Positions 9,238 through 18,888 of a stretch of DNA of 64,000 nucleotides are shown here, piece after piece. Source of the DNA: Halieaceae bacterium UBA5044 (GTDB taxonomy: Bacteria; Pseudomonadota; Gammaproteobacteria; Pseudomonadales; Halieaceae); NCBI GenBank assembly GCA_002416125.1, contig DIBU01000008.1:79665-143664 (forward strand). Reading direction: 5' to 3'. Each line of letters opens with the position of its first letter. Position 1 is the first letter of the stretch. Under the pieces are notes generated by a model. The model saw only the letters and a list, made by a program, of their open reading frames with translations. It was not told the DNA's origin and ran no database searches. The position numbers and the translations under genes are program-made.

Positions 9238-10301
9238 GGGCGCTGCAGCAGCGACAGGGGCACACGCAGGATGCGGTCGCCCACGTAGGAACCGATATAA
9301 ACTGACTGGCCCCGCTGCAGCGCGACGGTGCCGGCGCCCATCGGCGGCCCCGAGCGCTGCAGCAGCGTAGCTGGCTCAAGCGTGACCGGATCCAGCGCAA
9401 CAATGCTGAACGGCAGTTCGCTGGGTCGCTGGTGCCCCTGTGACAGACTGCGAAAAACCTGCCACAGCGTGCCTTCGTGGGAGGCCACCAGAAGCCGTCC
9501 GTCTTCCGCCCAGCTGGCGTTGTCCGGCTTCGGCACGGGCACCTCCGCCAATAGTTCGCCCCCGGGCAATGCGCGGTGCTGCACAAGGTTGCCGAGGTAG
9601 ACATTGAGGTAAAACGTCTGCTCGTCGGGCGCCAGCAGAATGCCATTGGGGTGTCGCGCACGGGTGGCGGGGAGCGGCGTAAAGCCGGCGTCGCGGGTCC
9701 AGCGGTAGACAAACCCGGTATCCCGCCCCAGCGCCGCCAGCAACGCATTGACCAATTGCCAGCGCCGGTCTGCCATGTGCGTGACCAGCAGGCTGCCGTC
9801 TGACAGGCCGGCAACGTCGTTGAAATTCGCCGCCGGTGGCCCCTCGGCGCAACCGCGCCAGAGGGCACGCGGGCGATCGCCCGTTGGGTTCTGCAGTTCG
9901 AAGAATTCGACGGATTCGCGCTCCGCATGATTCACCACCAGCAGCTGCCAGCGGCCATCCGGGCGGCGACGGATGTCCAGGCCGTGTGCTTCCAGCCGCG
10001 ATACAGGCCGCAGGCACTGTGGGTCGCCCCACAGCGCATCCGGCGGGGCGGGCACCGGCTCCGGCAGCAGGGAATGCACCGAGTCATCGCGGGTGTCCAG
10101 CAGGTACAGGCCGCCCGGCGCCGCCATCTGGCCGAAAATGAGATCGCGACCATTGGGCGCGGGCACCAGGTCTTCCGGCGCGGCGAGCCCGCAGATGGAC
10201 TGGATACCGTCAACCGGTTCACAGGGGGTGTCGGCCGCCAGGGGCAGGACGGAAAAGCCAAACAGAGCAAGTAGCCACCGCAGGGGGACTTTCTGGAGCA
10301 T
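9234..10301 (-). CDS. secreted six-bladed beta-propeller protein (SMP-30/arylesterase/strictosidine-synthase-like)
   Basis: ORF 9234..10433 trimmed to ATG 10301, giving signal peptide MLQKVPLRWLLALFGFSVLPLAA. Propeller-like repeats (NGILLAPDEQTFYL, LLVASHEG). Its stop overlaps the DASS gene start (ATGA). Confidence 0.55.
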   Translation of the reverse strand: MLQKVPLRWLLALFGFSVLPLAADTPCEPVDGIQSICGLAAPEDLVPAPNGRDLIFGQMAAPGGLYLLDTRDDSVHSLLPEPVPAPPDALWGDPQCLRPVSRLEAHGLDIRRRPDGRWQLLVVNHAERESVEFFELQNPTGDRPRALWRGCAEGPPAANFNDVAGLSDGSLLVTHMADRRWQLVNALLAALGRDTGFVYRWTRDAGFTPLPATRARHPNGILLAPDEQTFYLNVYLGNLVQHRALPGGELLAEVPVPKPDNASWAEDGRLLVASHEGTLWQVFRSLSQGHQRPSELPFSIVALDPVTLEPATLLQRSGPPMGAGTVALQRGQSVYIGSYVGDRILRVPLSLLQRP

Positions 10302-10419
10302 GATTATTTTTCCATGGTTGCTGTTCGCATCCTGCCCAGAGCCGGGCGCTGTGTAAAGGCCAGCTGTGCCCCGTGCACCATGACTAGAGTGAACTCGCCG
10401 CAAACAGTACACTGGACAC

Positions 10420-11430
10420 ATGACCCCCAGCATCCCAGCTCATCTGGTCGACCCCTTCCAGCGCCGGATCAACTACCTGCGCCTGTCGGTTACCGACCGC
10501 TGCGACTTCCGCTGTGTGTACTGCATGGCTGAAGACATGCAGTTCGTACCGCGGGCGCAGGTGCTGTCGCTGGAGGAGCTGTACCGCGTCGCGCAGGCCG
10601 CTGTGGGCCTCGGCATCAGCAAAATACGGCTTACCGGGGGGGAGCCGCTGGTGCGGCGCAACATCCTCTGGCTGGCGGAGCAATTGGGGGCACTGCCGGG
10701 CCTTGAGACCCTCGCGCTGACCACCAACGGCTCGCAGCTGGCGCGCCTGGCGCAGCCGCTGCAACAGGCCGGTGTCAGCACCCTCAATATCAGCCTGGAC
10801 AGCCTGCGGCCCCGGCGTTTTCGCGAACTGACCCGGACCGGCGACCTGCACCAGGTTCTGGCGGGCATAGACGCCGCAGTCAGCAGCGGCTTCCAGCGCA
10901 TCAAACTCAACGCCGTTATCCTCAACGGACGCAACGACGACGAGGCCCTGGACCTGGTGGAGTTTGCCCGCCAGCGCGGCATCGACATCGCTTTCATTGA
11001 AGAAATGCCTCTGGGGCGCATCGACGAACACAGCAGGCGTCTGAGCTTCTGCAGCAGTGCAGAACTGCGCCGGCGCATAGCGCAGCGCTATACGTTGGCG
11101 GCGCTGGGCGACCCTGCAGGCAACGCCGGGCCGGCCCGCTATTTCAGCATGCCGGACAGCGCAACGCGGGTGGGCTTTATCTCACCCCACAGCAACAACT
11201 TCTGCCACCTGTGCAACCGTGTGCGACTCACGGTTGAGGGCCGACTGCTGCTGTGCCTGGGCAATGAACACTCAGTGGATCTGCGCCCGCTGCTGCGTCG
11301 ACCGGGCAGCACCCGGCAGGAACTCGCCGAGGCGATTGTCGCCGCGCTGGCACTGAAGCCGGAAAAGCATCATTTTACTCACGACGATGAACCGGAGATT
11401 CTCCGCTTCATGAATACCACCGGCGGCTGA
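10420..11430 (+). CDS. moaA: GTP 3',8-cyclase MoaA (radical SAM, molybdenum cofactor biosynthesis)
   Basis: [20 protein letters not shown] radical-SAM CxxxCxxC motif. C-terminal auxiliary cluster motif [19 protein letters not shown]. Confidence 0.95.
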   Translation: MTPSIPAHLVDPFQRRINYLRLSVTDRCDFRCVYCMAEDMQFVPRAQVLSLEELYRVAQAAVGLGISKIRLTGGEPLVRRNILWLAEQLGALPGLETLALTTNGSQLARLAQPLQQAGVSTLNISLDSLRPRRFRELTRTGDLHQVLAGIDAAVSSGFQRIKLNAVILNGRNDDEALDLVEFARQRGIDIAFIEEMPLGRIDEHSRRLSFCSSAELRRRIAQRYTLAALGDPAGNAGPARYFSMPDSATRVGFISPHSNNFCHLCNRVRLTVEGRLLLCLGNEHSVDLRPLLRRPGSTRQELAEAIVAALALKPEKHHFTHDDEPEILRFMNTTGG

Positions 11431-11451
11431 CCGCCCTGACGAGGATACAGC

Positions 11452-12393
11452 GTGCACACCCAGGACTTTCCGCAACTGGCTTCCATCGAGGCCATAGAGC
11501 AGGGTTTCGAATCGTTCGGCTACATCTGCAGCCCGAAAATCGCCACGGCGGTTTACCTTGCCTTTCAGTTGCGCAAGCCCATTCTGGTCGAGGGCCCGCC
11601 GGGCGTGGGCAAAACGGAACTGGCGAAAACCACGGCGCTGCTACTGGACGTGCCCTTGATCCGCCTGCAGTGTTATGAGGGGCTCGATGAGGCCAAGGCG
11701 CTCTACGAGTGGAAATACGGGAAACAGCTGCTGTACACGCAGATCCTGAAAGAGAAGCTGGGGGATCTGCTCAAGGGAGCCCAGGGGCTGGCGGAGTCCG
11801 TGGAACGCCTGCACCAGTTCGGCGACACCTTCTATTCCGAGGAGTTCCTCGAACCCAGGCCGCTGCTCAAGGCCATGCAGCAGGAACGGGGTGCCATACT
11901 GCTTATCGACGAGGTGGACAAATCCGACTACGAGTTCGAGTCACTGCTGCTGGAGATTCTCTCCGACTACCAGGTATCCATCCCCGAGATCGGCACCATC
12001 CAGGCACAGGTGTCGCCCATGGTGTTCCTCACCAGCAATAACACCCGGGATATCAGTGACGCGCTGAAGCGCCGCTGCCTGCACCTCTATATCCCCTTCC
12101 CCAGCGTCGAACTGGAGGAGCGCATTGTCCTCAGCCGCGTGCCGGATATCGATCAGCAGCTGCGCCACCAACTGGTCGAGTTCGTGCATTCCCTGCGCGA
12201 CCTCGACCTGAAAAAATCCCCCGCCATCTCGGAGACCATCGACTGGGCGCGCAGCCTGCTGCTGTTGCACGCCCGTGAGCTGGATGCGCAGGTCATCCAC
12301 AGCACCCTGAACGTGCTGCTCAAATTCGAAGACGATATCAATACCGCGGAGTCTGCACTGCGGGACCTGCTGCCGCGTCACGCCCATGGCTGA
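11452..12393 (+). CDS. MoxR-family AAA+ ATPase (CoxD-like)
   Basis: GTG start with GAGGA Shine-Dalgarno. Walker A GPPGVGKT, Walker B ILLIDEVDK. About 310 aa, the size and layout of MoxR/AAA_5 proteins. Confidence 0.9.
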   Translation: MHTQDFPQLASIEAIEQGFESFGYICSPKIATAVYLAFQLRKPILVEGPPGVGKTELAKTTALLLDVPLIRLQCYEGLDEAKALYEWKYGKQLLYTQILKEKLGDLLKGAQGLAESVERLHQFGDTFYSEEFLEPRPLLKAMQQERGAILLIDEVDKSDYEFESLLLEILSDYQVSIPEIGTIQAQVSPMVFLTSNNTRDISDALKRRCLHLYIPFPSVELEERIVLSRVPDIDQQLRHQLVEFVHSLRDLDLKKSPAISETIDWARSLLLLHARELDAQVIHSTLNVLLKFEDDINTAESALRDLLPRHAHG

Positions 12394-13849
12394 GGTGGCA
12401 CCCTCCCAGGCCATGCAGCGCCACCTGGTCAACTTCATCAGCCTGTTGCGCAGTCACGATGTGCGTGTGTCCCCGGCGGAAACGCTGGATGCCATGGACG
12501 TCGCAGCGACCCTGGGATACGCCCGACGCGAGCGGCTGCGCGACGGGCTCGCGGCGGCGCTGGCGAAAACGCCGGCAGAGGAGGCGGTTTTTCATCATTG
12601 CTTCGCGCGCTTCTTTGATCGCAGCCTCGCCGACTTCGCCCGCACGCGAGAAGAGCGCAGCGCCGAAGAGGACGCCGTGGGCACGGACGCCCTAAGCACG
12701 GACGCCGTCAGCACGGACACAACCACAGAGAACCACCGGGCCAGCGTCGAGCAGTTGCTGGACGAGGCTTCCCGCGATGACGCGGCGCTGGCCGAGCTGC
12801 TGGCGACACCGCTGCTGCAACAGCTGCGCAACAACGACAGCACCGCACTGAACCTGGCGCTGGGGGAAGCCGCAGCGAGTGTTGGGCTGAGCCAGATCCG
12901 CATGTTCACCCAGAAAGGCCAGTTCACCCGGCGCATGCTGGACGCCATGGGCGAGGAGCAACTGCGCCGTACACTCGCCAGGCTGGAGGAACAGGACAGC
13001 CCGGCGCTGGAACCGCTGCGCCGCTACCGCGACATCCTGCGCGAACAGGTGCGCGACTACGTCGAGCAACACTACCTGCTGCAGGCAGAGGGCCAGAACG
13101 CCCGTTTCATGGACGACCTGCTCAGCCGGACACGGCTGAGCAATCTGGAGCAACGCTACCTGCACCGGGTTCATGAGCTGGTGCAGCGGATGGCGCGCAA
13201 GCTCGCCGAGCGCCATGCGCGCAAACGGCGCGTCTACCGACGCGGCAAGCTGGATATGGGGCGGACCCTGCGCCGCGGTATCGCCAACGACGGCATCCTG
13301 TTCCATACTCACTGGAAGCGGGTGCAGAAAAACAAGCCGCAGCTGTTGGCGATCTGTGACGTCAGTGGCTCGGTGGCGGCCTATGCGAAATTCCTCCTGC
13401 TGTTTCTTTACAGCCTGCAGGATGTGCTGCCCAAGGTGCGCAGCTTCGCGTTCTCCAGCCACCTCGGCGAAGTCAGTGACCTGTTCGCGCAACACCCGGT
13501 GGACAAGGCGATTGAACTGGTCAACTGGCGCTACGGGGGCGCGACGGACTACGGCAAGAGCCTGCAGGATTTTGCCCGGCTGGCGCTGGAGGATATCAAC
13601 AGCAGCACCACCGTTATCGTGCTGGGTGACGCGCGCAACAATGATGGCGACCCACAGCTGGAGATCATGCGCAGCATTTACCAGCGCAGCCGCCGGGTGA
13701 TCTGGCTGAATCCGGAATCGCGACGGGCCTGGGGCACGGGTGACTCGGAGATGCTGCGCTACCTGAGCGCCTGTCACTTCGCTGCCGAGTGCAACAACCT
13801 GACACAGCTGGAACGCATTGTGGATCAACTGCTGAAAATGAATCGGTAG
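12386..13849 (+). CDS. VWA domain protein, CoxE-like partner of the MoxR ATPase
   Basis: Start overlaps the MoxR stop by 8 nt. The C-terminal VWA/MIDAS region reads LLAICDVSGSVAAYAKFLL ... VIVLGDARNN, the pattern of CoxE-type VWA proteins. Confidence 0.85.
   Translation: MAEVAPSQAMQRHLVNFISLLRSHDVRVSPAETLDAMDVAATLGYARRERLRDGLAAALAKTPAEEAVFHHCFARFFDRSLADFARTREERSAEEDAVGTDALSTDAVSTDTTTENHRASVEQLLDEASRDDAALAELLATPLLQQLRNNDSTALNLALGEAAASVGLSQIRMFTQKGQFTRRMLDAMGEEQLRRTLARLEEQDSPALEPLRRYRDILREQVRDYVEQHYLLQAEGQNARFMDDLLSRTRLSNLEQRYLHRVHELVQRMARKLAERHARKRRVYRRGKLDMGRTLRRGIANDGILFHTHWKRVQKNKPQLLAICDVSGSVAAYAKFLLLFLYSLQDVLPKVRSFAFSSHLGEVSDLFAQHPVDKAIELVNWRYGGATDYGKSLQDFARLALEDINSSTTVIVLGDARNNDGDPQLEIMRSIYQRSRRVIWLNPESRRAWGTGDSEMLRYLSACHFAAECNNLTQLERIVDQLLKMNR
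12681..12725 (+). repeat. three tandem in-frame 15-bp units inside the VWA gene linker
   Basis: GCACGGACGCCCTAA / GCACGGACGCCGTCA / GCACGGACACAACCA, encoding GTDAL-STDAV-STDTT. Confidence 0.8.
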
Positions 13850-13856
13850 GGCGAAC

Positions 13857-14063
13857 ATGAGCTATCACTGCAGGCAGTGCAGTTACCGGGGGAACCGGCT
13901 GGATGAGCGCGGCTACTGCCCCGCCTGCGGCTCGCCGGACATTCACATCGGCGGCAGGGCCGCAGTCAAGCCACCGCCCAAACCGCGCAAGCGGCAGCTG
14001 GTGCTGGTCATTGCCCTGTGGGTAATATTCGCCGGACTGCTGGCCTACAAGTTGGTGTCCTGA
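13857..14063 (+). CDS. small zinc-ribbon protein with a C-terminal transmembrane anchor
   Basis: 68 aa. CRQC-N14-CPAC zinc ribbon, basic linker PPPKPRKRQ, then TM helix LVLVIALWVIFAGLLAY. Starts 8 nt after the VWA stop codon. Confidence 0.5.
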   Translation: MSYHCRQCSYRGNRLDERGYCPACGSPDIHIGGRAAVKPPPKPRKRQLVLVIALWVIFAGLLAYKLVS

Positions 14064-14077
14064 CCGCGAGCGAGGCC

Positions 14078-15220
14078 CTAGAAGACCTGCGGGGGCTCGT
14101 CCTCATCGCCGAGGCCTTCCACGCTGAGCTTGAAGCCACCGGCCGGGTCACGGAGCTGCCCTTCTCGGGCAAACTTGATTTTCAGGCGCACGTTGTTCGG
14201 TGAATCGGCGTTGCGCAGTGCCTCCTCCTCGGATATCAAGCCCTCCTGGAACAGCTCCAGCAGCGCGCTGTCGAAGGTTTTCATACCCTGATTTTCCGAC
14301 TTCGCCATCACTTCCTTGATGCCATCGATCTCGCCCTTGAGGATCAGGTCGGCCACCATCGGGGTACCGAGCAGAATCTCGATCGCGGCGCAACGCTTGC
14401 CGTCCACGGTGGGTATCAGGCGCTGGGATACAAAGGCCTGCAGGTTCAGGGACAGGTCCATCAGCAGCTGCTGGCGTTTCGCTTCGGGGAAGAAGTTGAT
14501 AATGCGGTCCAGCGCCTGGTTGGCGTTGTTGGCATGCAGGGTGGAGATACACAGGTGGCCGGTTTCAGCGAAGGCGATGGCGTGCTCCATGGTTTCGCGG
14601 TCGCGAATCTCGCCAATCAGGATCACGTCCGGGGCCTGACGCAGGGTGTTTTTCAAGGCGTTATGCCAGCTGCGCGTGTCGACGCCCACCTCGCGCTGGT
14701 TGACGATGGATTTCTTGTGGTTGTGCACGTATTCCACCGGGTCTTCGATCGTCACGATGTGGCCGGCACTGTTGCTGTTGCGGTAGTCGATCAGGGCGGC
14801 CAGCGAGGTCGACTTGCCCGACCCTGTCGCCCCGACAAACAACACCAGCCCGCGCTTGCGCATGACCACCTCGGTCAGGCTCTCCGGCAGCCGCAGGTCT
14901 TTCCAGTGGGGAATCTCCGCCACGATGTTGCGCGCGACGATGCTCACCTCGTTGCGCTGCATGAAGATATTGATGCGAAAGCGACCAAAACCGGGCAGGG
15001 AGATTGCCAGGTTCATTTCCAGCTCCTGGGCAAAATCCGCCTGCTGCGTGGCGTCCATCAGCTCCTCGGCTATCGCGCGGATTTCGCCGGGCTTCAGCGT
15101 TTCCCGCGCGATCGGGCGAAGCTTGCCCTGGAACTTGGCACAGGGCGGTGCGCCGGTACTCAGGTAGAGGTCCGAACCCTGTTCTTTCGCCAGTATCTTC
15201 AGCCATTCCGCAATACGCAC
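14078..15220 (-). CDS. pilU: type IV pilus retraction ATPase, PilT/PilU family (PilU-like)
   Basis: GSDLYLSTGAPP..., Walker A GATGSGKST, and the Asp/His boxes of secretion ATPases (IGEIRD, GHLCISTLHAN). ORF 14078..15262 trimmed to GTG 15220 by comparison with typical PilU N-termini. The start is uncertain. Confidence 0.85.
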   Translation of the reverse strand: MRIAEWLKILAKEQGSDLYLSTGAPPCAKFQGKLRPIARETLKPGEIRAIAEELMDATQQADFAQELEMNLAISLPGFGRFRINIFMQRNEVSIVARNIVAEIPHWKDLRLPESLTEVVMRKRGLVLFVGATGSGKSTSLAALIDYRNSNSAGHIVTIEDPVEYVHNHKKSIVNQREVGVDTRSWHNALKNTLRQAPDVILIGEIRDRETMEHAIAFAETGHLCISTLHANNANQALDRIINFFPEAKRQQLLMDLSLNLQAFVSQRLIPTVDGKRCAAIEILLGTPMVADLILKGEIDGIKEVMAKSENQGMKTFDSALLELFQEGLISEEEALRNADSPNNVRLKIKFAREGQLRDPAGGFKLSVEGLGDEDEPPQVF

Positions 15221-15366
15221 GCTACACCACCCCCCGAATATCGCCGCGCGACCGGCAAACAAACCGCCTGTAATAGTGCCCTCCGCTCAGGCACCGTGCC
15301 ACTCTAGCATCCCCGACGCCCCCAACGAAAACACGCCGTGCGACCCTCGCGCGCGGCCTGAGCGGC

Positions 15367-17100
15367 TCAGAACCGGTCCTTGACGGTAAACAGGATCTGC
15401 GGGCTGCTGACCGTGTCATCGCGTATGAAGGGAAAGGCAATATCCACGTGTACCACCGAGCTTTTTTCCGCCCGACTGGAGTTCAGGCGCAGGCCAAAAC
15501 CGGCATTGGCGAGCACCCCACCGTTGGCGCCGTTGTCCTCGCCCTCAAACCACGCGCGTCCTACATCCACAAATGCCGCCAGCCCCACCTGGAACAGGCG
15601 GAACGGATGCCAGTCGGAGTAGTAACGCTGCTCCAGGTTCCAGACGAAGGCGCGATCACCCACCTGGTAGAACAGGTCGTAACCGCGTAGCCCGTTGTCG
15701 CCCCCTAGGGTCAGCTGGCGCTCACCGGTCAGACCCTCTGCCACGTCAACGCGCAGCCGACTGAAGGCAACCCACTGCCGGGATTGCTTGTGGTGGTAGC
15801 GGGTCTCACTGCTCCAGAGGAGGTTCTCGAAGCCGCTGCCTTCCACTCCCAGGAAACCGCTGAGACGGGTGTCCAGCTGCCAGAGGCGACGCTCGTCCAC
15901 CAGCAGCGTATTGCTGTAGCTACCGCGCAGCACAAGCTGGTCGCGACTCGCACCCAGGGCTTCGGCCGACCAGCCCAGCGCCCAGGCGTAGCGCTCGCCG
16001 ACGTAGACATCCTCGGTGCGGCCCAGGTAGTTGAAGTTGTGCAGTTCGACAAAGCGGTCCTCGGTCGACTCGTAGCCGATGTACGGGTAGCTGTACTCGC
16101 GATCCTCCGGCAGGGCGTCCGGTGGCAGAGCGGAGTCACTGAAGTCGAAACTGTGGGTTTCCAGCGTGTAACCGAACAGCCAGCGCCCCACTCGCCCTCG
16201 GGTCCTGCTGTCCGGGGCGATCCCGCCAAACACGTTGGCAAACTCGATTTCATGGTCAAACTCGGTTTGCTCATCACCCCGGAACCAGAGGGTCTCCTCA
16301 AGCTTGGTGCGGTTCAGGTTGGCTCCCGCCGACCAGCGTTCGTAGACGGAGAAAAACGGCCGCACCAGGCTGACACCCTGTTCGTAGCCGTCGTCGTTGT
16401 CGGCCACTGACAGCCGCAGTTGCCAGCGGGAACCGCCGAGGGCCGGATCGAAATAGCGCACAGTGGTTCCCGAACGCTCCTCATCACTGTCGCGCTGTAC
16501 CACCACCTGCTTGCCGGTGCCGAGGAAGTTGGCGTCGCGAAAGCCGAAGGCAAAGGTGTTTTCACCCCCGCGCCGGGACACTGACAGCATCGGGGTGAAG
16601 GTCCAGATATCCCGGGTAATCACCTCGAGGTCAACGGTCTCACCGCACAGCCGCCAGGGCCGCACCCTGGCATCGTAGATAAAACCCAGATTCCGCAGGA
16701 TGCGCTCGGACTCCGCGACACGCGCTGCGCTGTAGGTCTCCCCCGGCTCCACCAGCAGATGATCCTCAATCACCCACTCCCGTGTCACGCTGTGGAAGTC
16801 ATTGGCCCAGCGATAGAGCGCGTTGTCCTCCCGCGGGTCCTCAACATCAAAGACGGCGAACCGCTGCTGTCGGATGCTGCCGATGCGGGCACCCTCGGGG
16901 ATGCCCTCGAGGAAGTCCTCCATGTGAGGCACAGGCTCAAAGCGAAACCGGGCGGAGTCGCTCTGCGTAGGGGCCAGTACGCAGGTCGCTTGCTCCTCGT
17001 CGCCGTGAGCGCTCCCGACCTGCACGCACAGCAACCAGCTGCACCAGAACACGGGGCACAGCCTGCGCAGGCGGGTGGCAATGTCGCTGCGACGTTTCAT
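15367..17100 (-). CDS. Omp85-superfamily outer-membrane protein (POTRA plus surface-antigen beta-barrel)
   Basis: ORF trimmed to ATG 17100 (MKRRSDIATRL...signal). POTRA-like segment, then barrel motifs (LGGDNGLRGY; C-terminal ..ILFTVKDRF ending in Phe). Confidence 0.7.
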   Translation of the reverse strand: MKRRSDIATRLRRLCPVFWCSWLLCVQVGSAHGDEEQATCVLAPTQSDSARFRFEPVPHMEDFLEGIPEGARIGSIRQQRFAVFDVEDPREDNALYRWANDFHSVTREWVIEDHLLVEPGETYSAARVAESERILRNLGFIYDARVRPWRLCGETVDLEVITRDIWTFTPMLSVSRRGGENTFAFGFRDANFLGTGKQVVVQRDSDEERSGTTVRYFDPALGGSRWQLRLSVADNDDGYEQGVSLVRPFFSVYERWSAGANLNRTKLEETLWFRGDEQTEFDHEIEFANVFGGIAPDSRTRGRVGRWLFGYTLETHSFDFSDSALPPDALPEDREYSYPYIGYESTEDRFVELHNFNYLGRTEDVYVGERYAWALGWSAEALGASRDQLVLRGSYSNTLLVDERRLWQLDTRLSGFLGVEGSGFENLLWSSETRYHHKQSRQWVAFSRLRVDVAEGLTGERQLTLGGDNGLRGYDLFYQVGDRAFVWNLEQRYYSDWHPFRLFQVGLAAFVDVGRAWFEGEDNGANGGVLANAGFGLRLNSSRAEKSSVVHVDIAFPFIRDDTVSSPQILFTVKDRF

Positions 17101-17264
17101 GTACCCAAGATAGCCACAAACCGCGGGCCACGACAATCATCGACCGGGCTTTTCGCGACATCGCAGCACAATCTGTACTCGCCCCCCATTGGCGGCTACA
17201 CTTTCACCGCCCTGGCGGCGGGACACACTCCCGGCGTGCCCCCAGCCATGACAAGGAGTGCCTC

Positions 17265-18854
17265 TTGACCCCTCATCTGCTCAGCCAATTACAAGCCCTC
17301 AATGGGCCCGGCTATGACGCCCTGCTGCGACGCATCCAACGTGGCCTTGAGAAAGAGAGCCTGCGCATCACGGCCGAGGGTCGGCTCGCCCAGACACCGC
17401 ACCCCGCCAGCCTGGGTTCGGCACTCACTCACTCATCAATCACCACGGACTACTCCGAAGCGCTGATGGAGTTCATCACGCCGGTGGATACCCGCATTGA
17501 ACAAACCCTGGATACGCTGGCGGACATCCACAGCTTCACCTACAGCAAGCTGGACGACGAGATGCTCTGGGCGACCAGCATGCCCTGTGTGGTGAACGGC
17601 GATGACAGCATTCCGGTGGCCGAGTACGGCAGTGCCAACGTCGCCCGCATGAAAAAAGTCTATCGCTACGGCCTCGGCCACCGCTACGGGCGGCTGATGC
17701 AAACCATTGCGGGCATCCACTACAACTTTTCGCTGCCTGCAGAGTTCTGGCAGCGCGCCTGGGATGATGCCGGCAATCCGGGAACCCTGCAGGACTACGT
17801 GACTGACCGCTACCTGGGGCTGATCCGCAATTTCCATCGCCATTCCTGGTTGCTGATCTACCTGTTCGGAGCGTCACCCGCCGTGTGCGCCAGCTTTCTG
17901 CGCGGCCGCGACAGCCACGGCCTGGAGCCCTTCGACGCCACTGGCCGCACCCTGCATCGCCCCTGGGGCACCGCACTGCGCATGGGCGACCTCGGTTACA
18001 ACAGCGAAGCGCAGAAAGGCCTCAACGTCTGCTACAACTCGCTGGACAATTACGTTCTGGCGCTGCGCGATGCCATCATGCACCCGCACCCACCCTACCA
18101 GGCATTCCCTGCGGGACAGCAGGGCGACTACCAGCAGCTCAACGACAGCCTGCTGCAGATCGAGAACGAGTTCTACAGCACGATCCGCCCGAAGCGGGTG
18201 ACCCAGCCGGGCGAAGCGCCGCTCGCGGCGCTGCGCCGGGCCGGCATCGAGTACGTCGAAGTACGCTGCATCGACGTCAGCCCGTTCGCGCCGCTGGGCA
18301 TCGACGCCAGCCAGATCCGCTTTCTGGACACCTTCCTGCTCTACTGCCTGCTGGAAGACAGCCCCGCCTGCGACGACGCAGAGCGCGCCCTGCAGGCGGA
18401 CAACCTCAGCACCGTGGTCAATCGCGGACGTGAGCCCGGCCTGCGTCTGCGCACTGCGGCGGGCGATGAGACACTGCAGGCGTTGGCCGGCACACTGCTG
18501 GGAGACATGGAAGGCATCGCCGACCTGCTCGATGCCGCCCACGGCGGCGACAGCTACCGCGGGGCACTGAACGCGCAACAGGCCAAGGTCGAGGACACCG
18601 CACTGACACCCTCCGCGCGCGTACTGCAGGAGATGCGGGACCGTGACCTGCCTTTCTTCCGCCTCGCCATGGCCTACAGCGAACAGTGGGCACGGCACTT
18701 CCGGGAGCGGGTGCTGTCAGAGAGCACACAGCAGCGTTTTGAGCAGGAAACACGCGAATCGCTGGCGGCGCAGAGGCGGCTGGAGGCCAGCGACGACCTG
18801 AGCTTCGAAGACTACCTGGCACGCTTTTTTGGCCAGTACCGAACACTGTTCTAA
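17265..18854 (+). CDS. gshA: glutamate--cysteine ligase (proteobacterial GshA type)
   Basis: TTG start with AAGGAG 6 nt upstream. IQRGLEKESLRI and TTDYSEALMEFITP motifs match enterobacterial GshA. Confidence 0.95.
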   Translation: MTPHLLSQLQALNGPGYDALLRRIQRGLEKESLRITAEGRLAQTPHPASLGSALTHSSITTDYSEALMEFITPVDTRIEQTLDTLADIHSFTYSKLDDEMLWATSMPCVVNGDDSIPVAEYGSANVARMKKVYRYGLGHRYGRLMQTIAGIHYNFSLPAEFWQRAWDDAGNPGTLQDYVTDRYLGLIRNFHRHSWLLIYLFGASPAVCASFLRGRDSHGLEPFDATGRTLHRPWGTALRMGDLGYNSEAQKGLNVCYNSLDNYVLALRDAIMHPHPPYQAFPAGQQGDYQQLNDSLLQIENEFYSTIRPKRVTQPGEAPLAALRRAGIEYVEVRCIDVSPFAPLGIDASQIRFLDTFLLYCLLEDSPACDDAERALQADNLSTVVNRGREPGLRLRTAAGDETLQALAGTLLGDMEGIADLLDAAHGGDSYRGALNAQQAKVEDTALTPSARVLQEMRDRDLPFFRLAMAYSEQWARHFRERVLSESTQQRFEQETRESLAAQRRLEASDDLSFEDYLARFFGQYRTLF

Positions 18855-18888
18855 ACGCCGGCACAGGCCGCAAAAGGAACCTGAAACC

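Noticed and set aside
10302-10419. Possible molybdenum-cofactor (Moco) riboswitch upstream of moaA, based on segments CCCAGAGCCGGGCG and GUAAAGGCC that are vaguely reminiscent of conserved Moco-motif blocks.
   Set aside because: Only 118 nt separate the divergent genes. The matches are short and imperfect, and I could not build the multi-stem fold by eye. It needs cmsearch with Rfam RF01055 before any claim.
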